Below are positions 27,734 to 37,192 of a stretch of 64,000 nucleotides of DNA, piece after piece (position 1 is the first letter of the stretch; each line of letters opens with the position of its first letter). Source of the stretch: Bacteroidales bacterium OttesenSCG-928-B11 (GTDB taxonomy: Bacteria; Bacteroidota; Bacteroidia; Bacteroidales; WCHB1-69); contig JAJDJJ010000003.1 of assembly GCA_030267125.1 (NCBI GenBank), positions 309 to 64,308 on the forward strand, in the 5' to 3' direction. Under the pieces are notes generated by a model. The model was given only the letters and a program-made list of their open reading frames with translations. It searched no databases and was not told the origin of the DNA. A program made the position numbers and the translations under genes.

Positions 27734-28687
27734 ATGAAAAAAATAGAGAATCTATCAAGCATAATAGGGAAAATTCCAAAAGAGGGAGATATAAAAATAA
27801 ATCCATTAGACACTTCTTATGGGAAACATGAAAATACGCATTCTGACCTGATTGTCAAGTTCTTAAAAGCTGACATAGCATTGGCGCAATCATTTTTTAA
27901 AATAGTGCTAAAGCAGGAATGGCCTAATGCAGAATTAAAAGTATCAAGAGAAAAAGGACGAATTGATATTTTAATTGAGTATGGGAAGAACGAATCTATT
28001 ATCATAGAAAATAAGATTAATGCATCTGATCAACCAAAACAGTTGCAAAATTATCATGAATACACTTTAAATCATAAAGGTACAAAACCACGTATTTTCT
28101 ACCTAACTCCTTATGGCACTAATCCAAGTGAAGATTCAAAAGGCGATTTGGAGGTGAAATGCATCAGCTATGAAAATGATATCCTTTCGTGGTTAGAAGA
28201 ATTCAAGACAGAGGATCAGGCTCTAAAACATGCTATCCAATTTTATATAGAATTAATTCGTAAAACAATAAACAGAAATAAATATATGACAGACATTTTA
28301 AAGAAAATTTTCACCGGAGAAAATAACCATGCGAAAGAAGCTATTAATTTGTACTTAGCCATGAATGGCAAGAATTTCTTAGATATTCCGGAAATAAAAG
28401 AGAAATTTGAAAACCTGATATATATCTGCGTTTCAAACAATCATGAACCAGAAGACTGGGCAGATACGAAAGATAACTGCAGAGAATTAAGTGATCTTGA
28501 TAATAACATTGATTTTTATATTACAGGGTCATCGATATATGCAGAAAAAAACAATAGTGTGCGTTTGGGAGAAGAGATCCGATGCAATGATCTTGGCGAT
28601 GAAAATCTCTGCTATTTATTAGCAGGTGAGACAGAAGATATCCAGAGATGGGTTGATCATATTTACAAAGAAGCAGAGGCAGAATAG
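27734..28687 (+). CDS. PD-(D/E)XK nuclease family protein (PDDEXK_4-like)
   Basis: HENTHSD, RE..RIDILI...IIIENKINASDQPKQLQNY, FYLTPYG, ISYENDI. Confidence 0.85.
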   Translation: MKKIENLSSIIGKIPKEGDIKINPLDTSYGKHENTHSDLIVKFLKADIALAQSFFKIVLKQEWPNAELKVSREKGRIDILIEYGKNESIIIENKINASDQPKQLQNYHEYTLNHKGTKPRIFYLTPYGTNPSEDSKGDLEVKCISYENDILSWLEEFKTEDQALKHAIQFYIELIRKTINRNKYMTDILKKIFTGENNHAKEAINLYLAMNGKNFLDIPEIKEKFENLIYICVSNNHEPEDWADTKDNCRELSDLDNNIDFYITGSSIYAEKNNSVRLGEEIRCNDLGDENLCYLLAGETEDIQRWVDHIYKEAEAE

Positions 28688-28711
28688 ATCTTTTTTCAGA
28701 TAAGAAAAATG

Positions 28712-28745
28712 AAAAAGGGTTGCGAGTTACACTTGCGACCCTTTT
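28712..28745 (+). terminator. Intrinsic terminator after the PD-(D/E)XK gene
   Basis: aaaagggttgcgagt-tac-acttgcgaccctttt hairpin followed by a T-rich tail. Confidence 0.8.
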
Positions 28746-28764
28746 GCTTTTTAAAGCTGACCTA

Positions 28765-28798
28765 TGCCCTATTTTGGCAGAGATGATCTCTATTTTTG
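28765..28798 (+). promoter_or_regulatory. Putative WYL operator plus -7 promoter of the orphan 264-aa gene
   Basis: TGCC-ctatttt-GGCA, 11 bp, TATTTTTG. Confidence 0.75.
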
Positions 28799-28831
28799 CA
28801 CCAATAAATGTAATTTAAAAAAACTCAAAAA

Positions 28832-29626
28832 ATGCCCTCTTCTTTTAAAAAAGCACAACAATTGTTAGAAAGAATAATGCCGGATAGATCGTGGCGTTAT
28901 CACAATCCTGAACTTTCAGAATTTTCGAAAAGGATAGATAAATGTTCCATTTCAGAATTGGAAAATTTAGCCATACAAATTAGCGAATATAAATCAGACA
29001 GATATTACAAGGGGCTATTGTCTGACCTCGTTTTGAGAAGAAGACGCTGGTTGTTAAACAGAGAGTTTGAAGGCAATGAAATCAATACGAAACACTTCAT
29101 GAGGGTTCTTTCTCTTTTTAAAAAACGGGAAAACCTGCTGCGGAAAAAAGCCGATGAGTTATATGCCGAACTCTGGAAAAAATGGGGAAACGGGAAAAAT
29201 GAAAATTTCAGCGACTTCTATATTGAGATTTCATTATCACCACATTACAACTGGGAAAGATCTATTCTCAATTTAAAAAATGATGAAACGACGTACAATT
29301 ATGGGAAGATAGCCGAAATATTAGATGATGTTAATTCCACGGAATCAATATTCTCAAACCGCATTGATTTTGACAGGCAAAAGTTTCATGAAAATCCATT
29401 TACCGATTCTGAAAGAAAATCTATACAGTGCCTTTTATTTTTTGAAGAACCAAGACTTGAAGAACAGCTGTATGCATTTAGAGATGTTCCCGTCACTTGG
29501 GGTTTTCATTGTTTAGTAGATCATACGCATTACGCTGTGCAAGATATTATTCGCATAAATGATATTTGGGGCGAAGTAAGGGTTGGATACCAGGATATAT
29601 TTGACCAAAAAGGGAGGCATTTTTGA
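28832..29626 (+). CDS. Hypothetical protein, no recognised family
   Basis: 264-aa ORF with its own -7 promoter and A-rich translation start; no motif recognised. Confidence 0.7.
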   Translation: MPSSFKKAQQLLERIMPDRSWRYHNPELSEFSKRIDKCSISELENLAIQISEYKSDRYYKGLLSDLVLRRRRWLLNREFEGNEINTKHFMRVLSLFKKRENLLRKKADELYAELWKKWGNGKNENFSDFYIEISLSPHYNWERSILNLKNDETTYNYGKIAEILDDVNSTESIFSNRIDFDRQKFHENPFTDSERKSIQCLLFFEEPRLEEQLYAFRDVPVTWGFHCLVDHTHYAVQDIIRINDIWGEVRVGYQDIFDQKGRHF

Positions 29627-29676
29627 CTATTTCAAATCTTTGCAAAGGTTTTTCCTCATGTAATCAACAAACCCCA

Positions 29677-29710
29677 TGCCGCATTTTGGCATAACTATTC
29701 CGTATATTTG
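29677..29710 (+). promoter_or_regulatory. Putative autoregulatory WYL operator plus -7 promoter
   Basis: TGCC-gcatttt-GGCA, 11 bp, TATATTTG, 22 bp before the WYL ATG. Confidence 0.75.
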
Positions 29711-29732
29711 CGCAATCATTTAAAAAAATAGT

Positions 29733-30638
29733 ATGGCTAAAGATCTTTTTAATCGCTACATCTGGTTGGTGGACACGATTTACCGAGCTAAGAGAATTAC
29801 TTTCGAGGAGATTAATGAGCGTTGGCTCCGCAATGAAATGAGTGAGGGGATTGATCTTCCCTTGCGCACTTTTCACAATCATCGAAAAGCAATTGAGGAG
29901 ATATTCGATATTCTGATAGAGTGTGATAAGCAGGATTCTTATCGCTATTATATTGAAAATGCAGATGATATGGAGAAAGGCAATGTTCGGAATTGGCTGC
30001 TCAATACGTTTGCGGTCAATAATCTCATCAATGAAAGTCACAAATTGAAATCGCGCATTTTATTCGAGGAGATTCCTTCCGGACGAGAGTATCTCACGCC
30101 CATTATCGAAGCGATGCGAGACAACCTGACTCTTGAAATCTCTTACAAAAGCTATTGGAGAGAGGAGGCTTATACTTTTAATATTGAACCGTATTGCGTG
30201 AAAATTTTCAAACAACGGTGGTATTTGCTGGGAAAATCAACCTCCCATGACGAATTGCGGACTTATGGTTTAGACCGGATTCAACATTTGCAGATTTTAG
30301 ATATTCCTTTTAAATATCCCAAAGATTTCAACCCTAAAGATTATTATCACCATGCTTTCGGAATCATTACCGATCAGAATATTCAACCTGCTTTTATTAC
30401 CGTCAAAGTAAATAAGGGGCAGGTTAACTATCTCAAAGGTTTGCCGTTGCATCATTCTCAAGAGGAGATTGAAGTAGCGGAGGATCATTCGTTATTCCGG
30501 TACTATGTTGCACCGACTTTTGATTTCCTGCAAGCGATTTTAGCTTATGGTGAAAATATGGAAGTCATTTCACCCGCTTTTTTCAGAAGCGAGGCAAGAG
30601 AAATCGCAAAACAGCAGTATCAACACTACAAGAAATAG
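29733..30638 (+). CDS. WYL-domain transcriptional regulator (wHTH-WYL-WCX)
   Basis: RYIWLVDTI wHTH, EPYCVKIFKQRWYLLG, YGLDRI, PLHHSQ, EVISPAFFR. Confidence 0.92.
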   Translation: MAKDLFNRYIWLVDTIYRAKRITFEEINERWLRNEMSEGIDLPLRTFHNHRKAIEEIFDILIECDKQDSYRYYIENADDMEKGNVRNWLLNTFAVNNLINESHKLKSRILFEEIPSGREYLTPIIEAMRDNLTLEISYKSYWREEAYTFNIEPYCVKIFKQRWYLLGKSTSHDELRTYGLDRIQHLQILDIPFKYPKDFNPKDYYHHAFGIITDQNIQPAFITVKVNKGQVNYLKGLPLHHSQEEIEVAEDHSLFRYYVAPTFDFLQAILAYGENMEVISPAFFRSEAREIAKQQYQHYKK

Positions 30639-30651
30639 CACGGTATCAGCA

Positions 30652-31467
30652 CTATAAAAACAGCTCCGGCTCACTTCTTCCCGTGTAGCGCTGTTCCAGC
30701 TCAAGTTTGTGGTAAAGAAAGTTCGGGTCGTCGAAATATTTTGCTCCGACCGGACACTTTTTAATACAGGCGCAACACTTCATGCATGGATCGGTAATTT
30801 TTTCTACATGATCATGGTTTATAGCTCCGAGCGGACATGATTCGGCACAGATTTTACAGTCGAGACAAAGTGAGCGATCGGTATGGGGTTTAACTTTTCG
30901 AATGTCGATAGGATTTCCCGCGCGATCTCGGGGTTGGTAATAAGGGCGCAGGGGAAGTTGACCGTTTATGCTTACCGGTTCTGTCAAGTCAGCGCCGGAG
31001 ATTATCTTCCCCGCAACCTGATCTGCAAAATCACGGGCAATTGCCATATCTTTCTCGTCGGGTCGTCCTTGGGCCAAAATATTAGAGAAAGAGTGTTCAC
31101 CAACAAACGCTGCCGCTGCGATTGTCCGGAATCCGTTACGCGACATTATCTCTCGCAGTTCCATAAGAGCATCGTCGTAAGCGCGGTTGCCGAACAGGAC
31201 TACCGGTATGGCCAATGCCCCGTTGCCTTGGATAGTGTCGAGGTAATTCAACAGCAGGTTCGGCAACCTGCCGGCTATTACCGGCATCCCGAAGACTGCA
31301 ATATGGTTTGTGGTAAACGTTTTCAGACTTTCCCGAGCCGCTTTGGGCGTAAAATTAAATGTATCGACAGGGATGCGCAATGTTTCACCAATCCGATGCG
31401 CGATAGCCGTGACCACCTTCTCCGTGGTTCCGGTCGGACTGAAATAGATGGCGCAAACATGGCTCAT
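30652..31467 (-). CDS. EFR1-family flavodoxin-fold/4Fe-4S ferredoxin
   Basis: IYFSPTGTT flavodoxin loop, GNRAYDDAL, CLDCKICAESCP and CMKCCACIKKCP. Confidence 0.88.
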   Translation of the reverse strand: MSHVCAIYFSPTGTTEKVVTAIAHRIGETLRIPVDTFNFTPKAARESLKTFTTNHIAVFGMPVIAGRLPNLLLNYLDTIQGNGALAIPVVLFGNRAYDDALMELREIMSRNGFRTIAAAAFVGEHSFSNILAQGRPDEKDMAIARDFADQVAGKIISGADLTEPVSINGQLPLRPYYQPRDRAGNPIDIRKVKPHTDRSLCLDCKICAESCPLGAINHDHVEKITDPCMKCCACIKKCPVGAKYFDDPNFLYHKLELEQRYTGRSEPELFL

Positions 31468-31480
31468 TCCCCTACCCCTT

Positions 31481-31855
31481 TTAATTGTGATTGCATTCGT
31501 GACTGTCACCGTGCGCGCGACATAGTTCGCCGGAATCTTTTATTTGCCCTACGACATACAAGGTTAATAATACGTCTATATCGCCTGTGCAGCCTCTATA
31601 AACTGTTATGCCATGATGGGTAAGCACGTTGAAAGCTCCGTCGCCCATATTTCCGGCAAGCATAACGCTTACCCCTTTTTGTTGTAGCACCGAAGCAATA
31701 TTGCTTTTGCATCCGCAACCCTGTGGCGACGGCAAAGATTCTTTGTTTATGATATTGCCTGATGCATCAATGGTGTAAATCGTATAACTCTCGCAATGTC
31801 CGAAATGGCTGTCAACCATGTTGCCCTTTGTGGGGATCGCAATTTTCTTTTCCAT
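31481..31855 (-). CDS. NifB/NifX-family (dinitrogenase FeMo-cofactor-like) protein
   Basis: KIAIPT...VDSHFGHC, GNMGDGA. Confidence 0.85.
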   Translation of the reverse strand: MEKKIAIPTKGNMVDSHFGHCESYTIYTIDASGNIINKESLPSPQGCGCKSNIASVLQQKGVSVMLAGNMGDGAFNVLTHHGITVYRGCTGDIDVLLTLYVVGQIKDSGELCRAHGDSHECNHN

Positions 31856-32214
31856 TTTTCTTCTTTAATGATTTGATAATGACACAAATGATATCCAACG
31901 AAAAACGTTCTTGTAGTTTCTTTTTCCGTTGGTTTATCTTCATATAGATTTGGCGTGCAAAATTACATACAATAATTTAGAATAGGAGCCAAATTCATGC
32001 CCGATTTCTCTCCGATCAGTTTCGTTGGCACTAATTTATCCTTTAATCATGTAGTTACTATCTTTTGTTACTACTTGCTCTTCTATGCTGTGGAATAATA
32101 TTTGCAGTCACCGCCATCAATACGTTGATTATTTCATGGGTAAAAAAGGGCGATCATCTTCCATGCAAATTTCAAATGTTATTTGTATTTTTGCATGGAC
32201 AAATAGTGCGTGAT

Positions 32215-33375
32215 ATGTATATACATCGATATCTTGAACCGAGCGTTTTGAAAACGTTGCAAAATTTTCCGGTCACGGCGGTGACAGGTCCTCGTCAATG
32301 TGGAAAGTCAACATTAGTGAAGCATCTTCTGGAAGCGTATCCGGAAAATGTTTATTTAGATTTGGAACGGCCGTCAGATTTGCGGAAATTAGAAGATGCG
32401 GAATGGTTTTTGACATCACAAAAAGGAAAGCTGATTTGCATTGATGAGATTCAACGTCAACCGGAACTGTTCCCGTTAATCAGAAGTTTGGTTGATGAAT
32501 GGAACCGACCGGGATGCTTTTTGATTTTGGGTTCCGCTTCGCGGGATTTGCTCAAACAGAGTTCCGAATCTTTGGCCGGAAGAATTTCCTATAAAAGGTT
32601 AACGCCGTTTCTTTGGGAAGAGTTGGAGAGCGATTATCCTATCGAAAAATATTTTTCCGCAGGTGCATTCCCCCGTAGTTTATTGGCTGCGGATAACGAA
32701 GTCTCTTTTGAATGGCGCGAAAATTTTATTCCCACATTTTTGGAAAGGGACTTGTTGCAATGGGCAGGTTTCACGCCGATTACCATGCGACGTTTATGGC
32801 AAATGCTGGCTCATGTTAACGGGCAAACGGTCAATTATTCCACATTGGCTAAATCATTGGGTATTACTTCCACTACGGTGAAAAGTTATATCGACTTATT
32901 AGCAGGAACTTACATGATTGAAATTGTGCCACCGTATCTTTCCAATTTGGGTAAAAGATTGGTGAAATCGCCTAAAGTATATATTTCCGATTCGGGAATT
33001 ACGGCGGCCTTGCTGGGCTTGCGAAGTTTTGAAGAGTTGTCGGGACATCCGGCATTTGGAGCAATATGGGAGCAAATCGTGTTGTCAAACCTGAAAGGAA
33101 TATTCCCCGATGCCGAGTTTTTCTATTACCGGACAACGAACGGTGCGGAGATCGATTTTGTTATGAAAATCCACAACACCATCTTTGCTATTGAGTGCAA
33201 AGCGTCCTACTCTCCCACATTATCCAAAGGGAATTATCTCGCCATCGAGGACATCGCTCCCAAACATACGTTCATCGTAACTCCCTCTCTTAGAAGCTGG
33301 TCAATGAAAGAAGGAATTGACGTGGTGTCGTTGCGGGGTGATGAGAATGTGGGATGGGATATGATAAGGCTATAA
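32215..33375 (+). CDS. AAA+ ATPase with DUF4143 C-terminal domain
   Basis: Walker A GPRQCGKS, Walker B IDEIQ, ESLAGR, KSPKVY.SDSG, EIDFV...IECK. Confidence 0.88.
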   Translation: MYIHRYLEPSVLKTLQNFPVTAVTGPRQCGKSTLVKHLLEAYPENVYLDLERPSDLRKLEDAEWFLTSQKGKLICIDEIQRQPELFPLIRSLVDEWNRPGCFLILGSASRDLLKQSSESLAGRISYKRLTPFLWEELESDYPIEKYFSAGAFPRSLLAADNEVSFEWRENFIPTFLERDLLQWAGFTPITMRRLWQMLAHVNGQTVNYSTLAKSLGITSTTVKSYIDLLAGTYMIEIVPPYLSNLGKRLVKSPKVYISDSGITAALLGLRSFEELSGHPAFGAIWEQIVLSNLKGIFPDAEFFYYRTTNGAEIDFVMKIHNTIFAIECKASYSPTLSKGNYLAIEDIAPKHTFIVTPSLRSWSMKEGIDVVSLRGDENVGWDMIRL

Positions 33376-33495
33376 ATTCAGAACTCCTGACTTCTACCAA
33401 TTTTTGAAAAACGCAAATGTGCGACATTTTTATTTAGAATAATCCCACGCTAAGAAGCTGATTTTCAAGGTGGAGGTCAGGAGTTCTGAATCTAT
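33372..33495. mobile_element. Small MITE-like element with 27-bp terminal inverted repeats
   Basis: ataaattcagaactcctgacttctacc (33372-33398) vs ggtggaggtcaggagttctgaatctat (33469-33495), 3 mismatches; non-coding interior. Confidence 0.5.
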
Positions 33496-33561
33496 GGCAT
33501 TTTTTGCAACCCTGCCGTGTCTTAGAGATTGGCAGGGTGGGCAGGAAATCGCTTTAAGCTA

Positions 33562-35994
33562 TCAGATGAATAGATTCACATTCGCATTGTCCGCCCGCTC
33601 CATGTAGGAGGCCACGCCACCAATGGTGATGCCATCCAACATCTCTTCCTTTTTCACACCCATGACATCCATCGACATTTGGCAAGCGATAAACTCAACT
33701 CCTTGTTCAATAGCTTGTTCGCGTAAAGATTCTAACGAGTCAACACCCTTCTGTTTCATGATATGACGCATCATCCGACTGCCGATGCCAAACATGTTCA
33801 TCTTCGACAGCTTTAGTTTCAACGAACTTGACGGCAACATCATGCCAAACATTTTGCCGAATATGTCTTTCTGAACTTTGGGCTTTCTGACTTTTTTGAT
33901 CACGTTAAGTCCCCAGAAAGTGAAGAAAATAGATACTTTTTCTCCTGTTGCGGCAGCTCCGTTGGCAAGCACGAAAGTGGCTAAGGCTTTATCCAGGTCA
34001 TCGCTGAACATGATGAAGGTCTTTCCATGACCACCTGATGGGTTTGCTGCCTGTTCCTTTTTGGGAGCGCCTTTTTCAATAACGACCGTATATTTCCCTT
34101 TCTCGTTTGTGTTTGAAATCATTTTATTTCCTGTCGTATTGCACCAAGCTTGCGCATCGCGAGAAAATCCGGCATCGGTGGCCACAATTTCCAACTGTTC
34201 GCCTTGGCCAATGCTGTCGATAGATTGTTTGAGCCGCAAAATGGGACCGGGGCACTGCAACCCGCAGGCATCCACTTTGAGCGTCTTTGTCGCTGTATTT
34301 TTGTTTTGTTCTATCATCGGATCGTTGTTTATTGGATTATTGTAAATAGGTGCGGTTGCCGCCCAGTAGGTTTTGTATCCGCCTAATACGTTTTTCACAT
34401 TGGGATAACCGGACGCCAGCAATATCTTGGTTGCCAGATAGCCCCGTAGTCCTATCGCGCAATAGATGTAAATGCTCTTCTCTTTCGGAATTTCATCCAT
34501 TCTTTTGCGTAGTTCATCTAATGGTATGTTTATCGCGTTGGAAGTATGCTCCGTCGAAAATTCATCTTTGGTGCGCACATCCAGCACTACTATTTCATCC
34601 GGATCTGCATTGTTCAATTCGCGCCATGTGGCGTAGGGCATTGCTCCGCTAAGGATATTGGCGGCCACATAGCCGGCGATGGCAATCGGATCTTTTGCCG
34701 ATGAAAACGGGGGAGCGTAGGTATGTTCCACTTTCATCAAATCGTAAATCGTTCCGCCGTTTTTGATCAACAGCGCTATTTGATCGATGCGTTTATCCAC
34801 ACCGTCATAGCCCACACATTGAGCACCGTAGAGTTTGCCATTGACGGGATCGAAAACAAGTTTCAGACTCAAAGGCAGGGCGTCCGGGTAATAGCCGGCA
34901 TGCGAATTGGAGTGCGTCCATGAGTTGAGATGCGGAATGCCCATCTGTTTCAAACGCTTGGCGGCAAGACCGGTAGAGGCTACGGTTAGATCGAAAACTT
35001 TGGCTATGCTGGTGCCGATAGCGCCTTCGTACTTCTCCTTGTTGCCGAATGTGATATTGTTGGCGGCAATCCATCCTTGGCGGTTTGCCGGATTGGCGAG
35101 ATAATTCAACCACGGTTTACCTGTTAATGGGTGTGGAAACTCAATCGCGTCGCCAACCGCATAGATATCTTTTTCGGATGTCTCTAAATATTCGTCCACC
35201 CAGATACCGCCGGTTTCGCCAATCTTCAATCCCGCTTTCTGCGCCAGCTCAACTTCGGGACGTACTCCGATAGAGAGGATGACCATATCGGCGCTGAGTG
35301 CCTTTCCACATTGAAGCTGAACGCTGATTTGTTCGCCGTTTTTAGAAAATCGCTCAACCGCTTGTTCCAAATAAAGTGAAACCCCTTTTTGCAAAATATG
35401 TTGATGAACGTGCGCCGCCATTGAATAATCGATAGGCGCCATGACATGACTGCCCATTTCGACAATCGAAACATGAGCGCCCGTGTGATGCAGGTTTTCT
35501 GCCATTTCCAATCCGATGAATCCGGCTCCGATCACCACGGCATTTTTAATTTCCTTGCTATCTATATAGTTTTTTATTCTGTCGGTGTCGTTTACATTGC
35601 GAAGCACGAAAATCCCGTCAAGCTCAACTCCTTCCATGCTTGGGCGAACCGGTTTCGCTCCGGGCGAAAGCAATAGTTTGTCGTATGACTCAGAATATTC
35701 CGTTCCGTCTGATTTGCGGATTTTCACAATTTTGGTTTGCGGGTTTATCTCCATCGCTTCATTTTCAACCCGAACATCAACATTAAACCTCGATCCAAAC
35801 GATTGTGGGGTTTGCAAGAATAACTTCTCGCGCTCCTCGATCACTCCGCCTATGTAGTAGGGCAATCCGCAATTAGCATACGAAATATATTCTCCTTTTT
35901 CTAACAGGATAATTTCTGCAGACTCATCGTTTCTCCGTATCCGGGCAGCGGCGGTTGCTCCACCGGCAACTCCCCCTATAATTATGTATTTCAT
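33562..35994 (-). CDS. CoA-disulfide reductase / rhodanese / TusA / DsrE-like multidomain fusion
   Basis: GGVAGGA, SYANCGLPY, rhodanese YCAIGLRG, TusA DACGLQCPGP, DsrE-like FFTFWGL and ACQMSMDVMG. Confidence 0.92.
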   Translation of the reverse strand: MKYIIIGGVAGGATAAARIRRNDESAEIILLEKGEYISYANCGLPYYIGGVIEEREKLFLQTPQSFGSRFNVDVRVENEAMEINPQTKIVKIRKSDGTEYSESYDKLLLSPGAKPVRPSMEGVELDGIFVLRNVNDTDRIKNYIDSKEIKNAVVIGAGFIGLEMAENLHHTGAHVSIVEMGSHVMAPIDYSMAAHVHQHILQKGVSLYLEQAVERFSKNGEQISVQLQCGKALSADMVILSIGVRPEVELAQKAGLKIGETGGIWVDEYLETSEKDIYAVGDAIEFPHPLTGKPWLNYLANPANRQGWIAANNITFGNKEKYEGAIGTSIAKVFDLTVASTGLAAKRLKQMGIPHLNSWTHSNSHAGYYPDALPLSLKLVFDPVNGKLYGAQCVGYDGVDKRIDQIALLIKNGGTIYDLMKVEHTYAPPFSSAKDPIAIAGYVAANILSGAMPYATWRELNNADPDEIVVLDVRTKDEFSTEHTSNAINIPLDELRKRMDEIPKEKSIYIYCAIGLRGYLATKILLASGYPNVKNVLGGYKTYWAATAPIYNNPINNDPMIEQNKNTATKTLKVDACGLQCPGPILRLKQSIDSIGQGEQLEIVATDAGFSRDAQAWCNTTGNKMISNTNEKGKYTVVIEKGAPKKEQAANPSGGHGKTFIMFSDDLDKALATFVLANGAAATGEKVSIFFTFWGLNVIKKVRKPKVQKDIFGKMFGMMLPSSSLKLKLSKMNMFGIGSRMMRHIMKQKGVDSLESLREQAIEQGVEFIACQMSMDVMGVKKEEMLDGITIGGVASYMERADNANVNLFI

Positions 35995-36004
35995 AGTTGC
36001 TTGT

Positions 36005-36382
36005 TTAAATTTCCTTTATTTTTGAAAGCAATTCAATGATCTCTTCTGAATCGCATTTGATCGACGCAATACACTTTTTGCCCTTGGGCGTCAGATCAAA
36101 TAGCATTTGCCGTTTATCTTCTTTGCCGATAATGCGCTCGACCAACTCTTTTTTCTCTGCCGATAGAATTACTTTGGATGCGTTGGATAAGGTTAGCCCC
36201 AACAACTCCGCAATTCTCCCGGAGGTGCATTTCCCTAATGTAGATAACGAACACAAGAGCATCCCTTCGTTCAGCCCAACGCCGAATTTTTTTTGAAGAT
36301 TGTCTTCAAAATTGTTAATCATACGATAGATGTCTCTCACGCGGCAAAGCGGTTCGGATTTTCGTTTTTCATCTATATTCAT
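36005..36382 (-). CDS. MarR-family transcriptional regulator
   Basis: wHTH TSGRIAELLGLTLSNASKVI, EDKRQMLFDLTPKG. Confidence 0.85.
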   Translation of the reverse strand: MNIDEKRKSEPLCRVRDIYRMINNFEDNLQKKFGVGLNEGMLLCSLSTLGKCTSGRIAELLGLTLSNASKVILSAEKKELVERIIGKEDKRQMLFDLTPKGKKCIASIKCDSEEIIELLSKIKEI

Positions 36383-36395
36383 ATCGTTATACTCC

Positions 36396-36758
36396 CTATT
36401 TATTCAAAAGTAACTCGTCGATCGCTTGCTTTAATTGATTTTTAGGTATTGCACCTTGGGCCATGTGCGGAGATCCTTCCATCGGGATAAATAGAAGGGT
36501 AGGGATGGACTGTATTCCGAAAGCGGCGGAGAGTTCCTGTTCTACTTCTGTATTAATTTTATAGATATAGATATCGTTGCTGTATTCAGCGGCTAACTCT
36601 TCCAATACGGGGGCAATCATTTTGCACGGGCCGCACCAATCGGCATAAAAATCAATGAGGGCAGGTTTGTCGCCCAAGTAGTTCCATTCGGTTGGATTTT
36701 CTTCATAATTGGTGATTTTCGTAAGAAAATCGTTTTTGGTAAGTTGAATCGTTTTCAT
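36396..36758 (-). CDS. trxA: Thioredoxin
   Basis: IDFYADWCGPCKMIAP, IQSIPT. Confidence 0.93.
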   Translation of the reverse strand: MKTIQLTKNDFLTKITNYEENPTEWNYLGDKPALIDFYADWCGPCKMIAPVLEELAAEYSNDIYIYKINTEVEQELSAAFGIQSIPTLLFIPMEGSPHMAQGAIPKNQLKQAIDELLLNK

Positions 36759-36779
36759 ATTATTATTTTTTTGAGGGTG

Positions 36780-36825
36780 CAAAGATACAAATTATTTTCC
36801 AATGGAACAAATATCTATTGGAAAA
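36780..36825 (-). promoter_or_regulatory. trxA-marR-cdr operon promoter with palindromic operator
   Basis: Minus-strand TATCTTTG (plus 36780-36787) next to TTTTCCAAT-N13-ATTGGAAAA (36795-36825). Confidence 0.55.
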
Positions 36826-36929
36826 TTATAAATGCAGGGAATCGAGAATTGAAAAATTGGAACGGGTTATCGGAAACGGTAGCCCGTTTTTTTTGGAACT
36901 ACTCACTTCTATTGCAAGAAAGACTAAAC

Positions 36930-37024
36930 ACACGAGGGCGCTAAGGTTTTCGCAAAGGAAACAAAGATTTAAAAATCATTTTTCTTTGCGAAACTCTGCG
37001 TTAAACTTTGCGAAACTTGCGGTT
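36930..37024. repeat. Imperfect palindromic repeat built from TTCGCAAAG/CTTTGCGAA units
   Basis: ttttcgcaaag followed by ctttgcgaaact twice plus degenerate copies; intergenic. Confidence 0.5.
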
Positions 37025-37135
37025 AGAAAAATATATCGCTGAATTTAAAATACTTAGAAAGAGAATGCGAATAGGATTAACAGCAAAACTGTTATTCTGG
37101 AGTAGGGGGTGAGTAGTTTATGCCTTTTCTAAAAA

Positions 37136-37171
37136 AAAATCCTCCCAAAGCGTTGACTTCGGGAGGATTTT
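37136..37171 (-). terminator. Intrinsic terminator of hcp
   Basis: aaaatcctccc...gggaggatttt stem with an A-run on the plus strand (U-tail on minus). Confidence 0.8.
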
Positions 37172-37192
37172 CTACGATACGATCTATATGGA

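Noticed and set aside
30883-31623. 246-aa plus-strand ORF
   Set aside because: Antisense shadow of the EFR1 ferredoxin and NifB/NifX genes, which carry clear motifs.
31481-31855. Nitrogen-fixation gene cluster
   Set aside because: The NifB/NifX-like domain is stand-alone with no nifHDK; such proteins are common in non-diazotrophic anaerobes.
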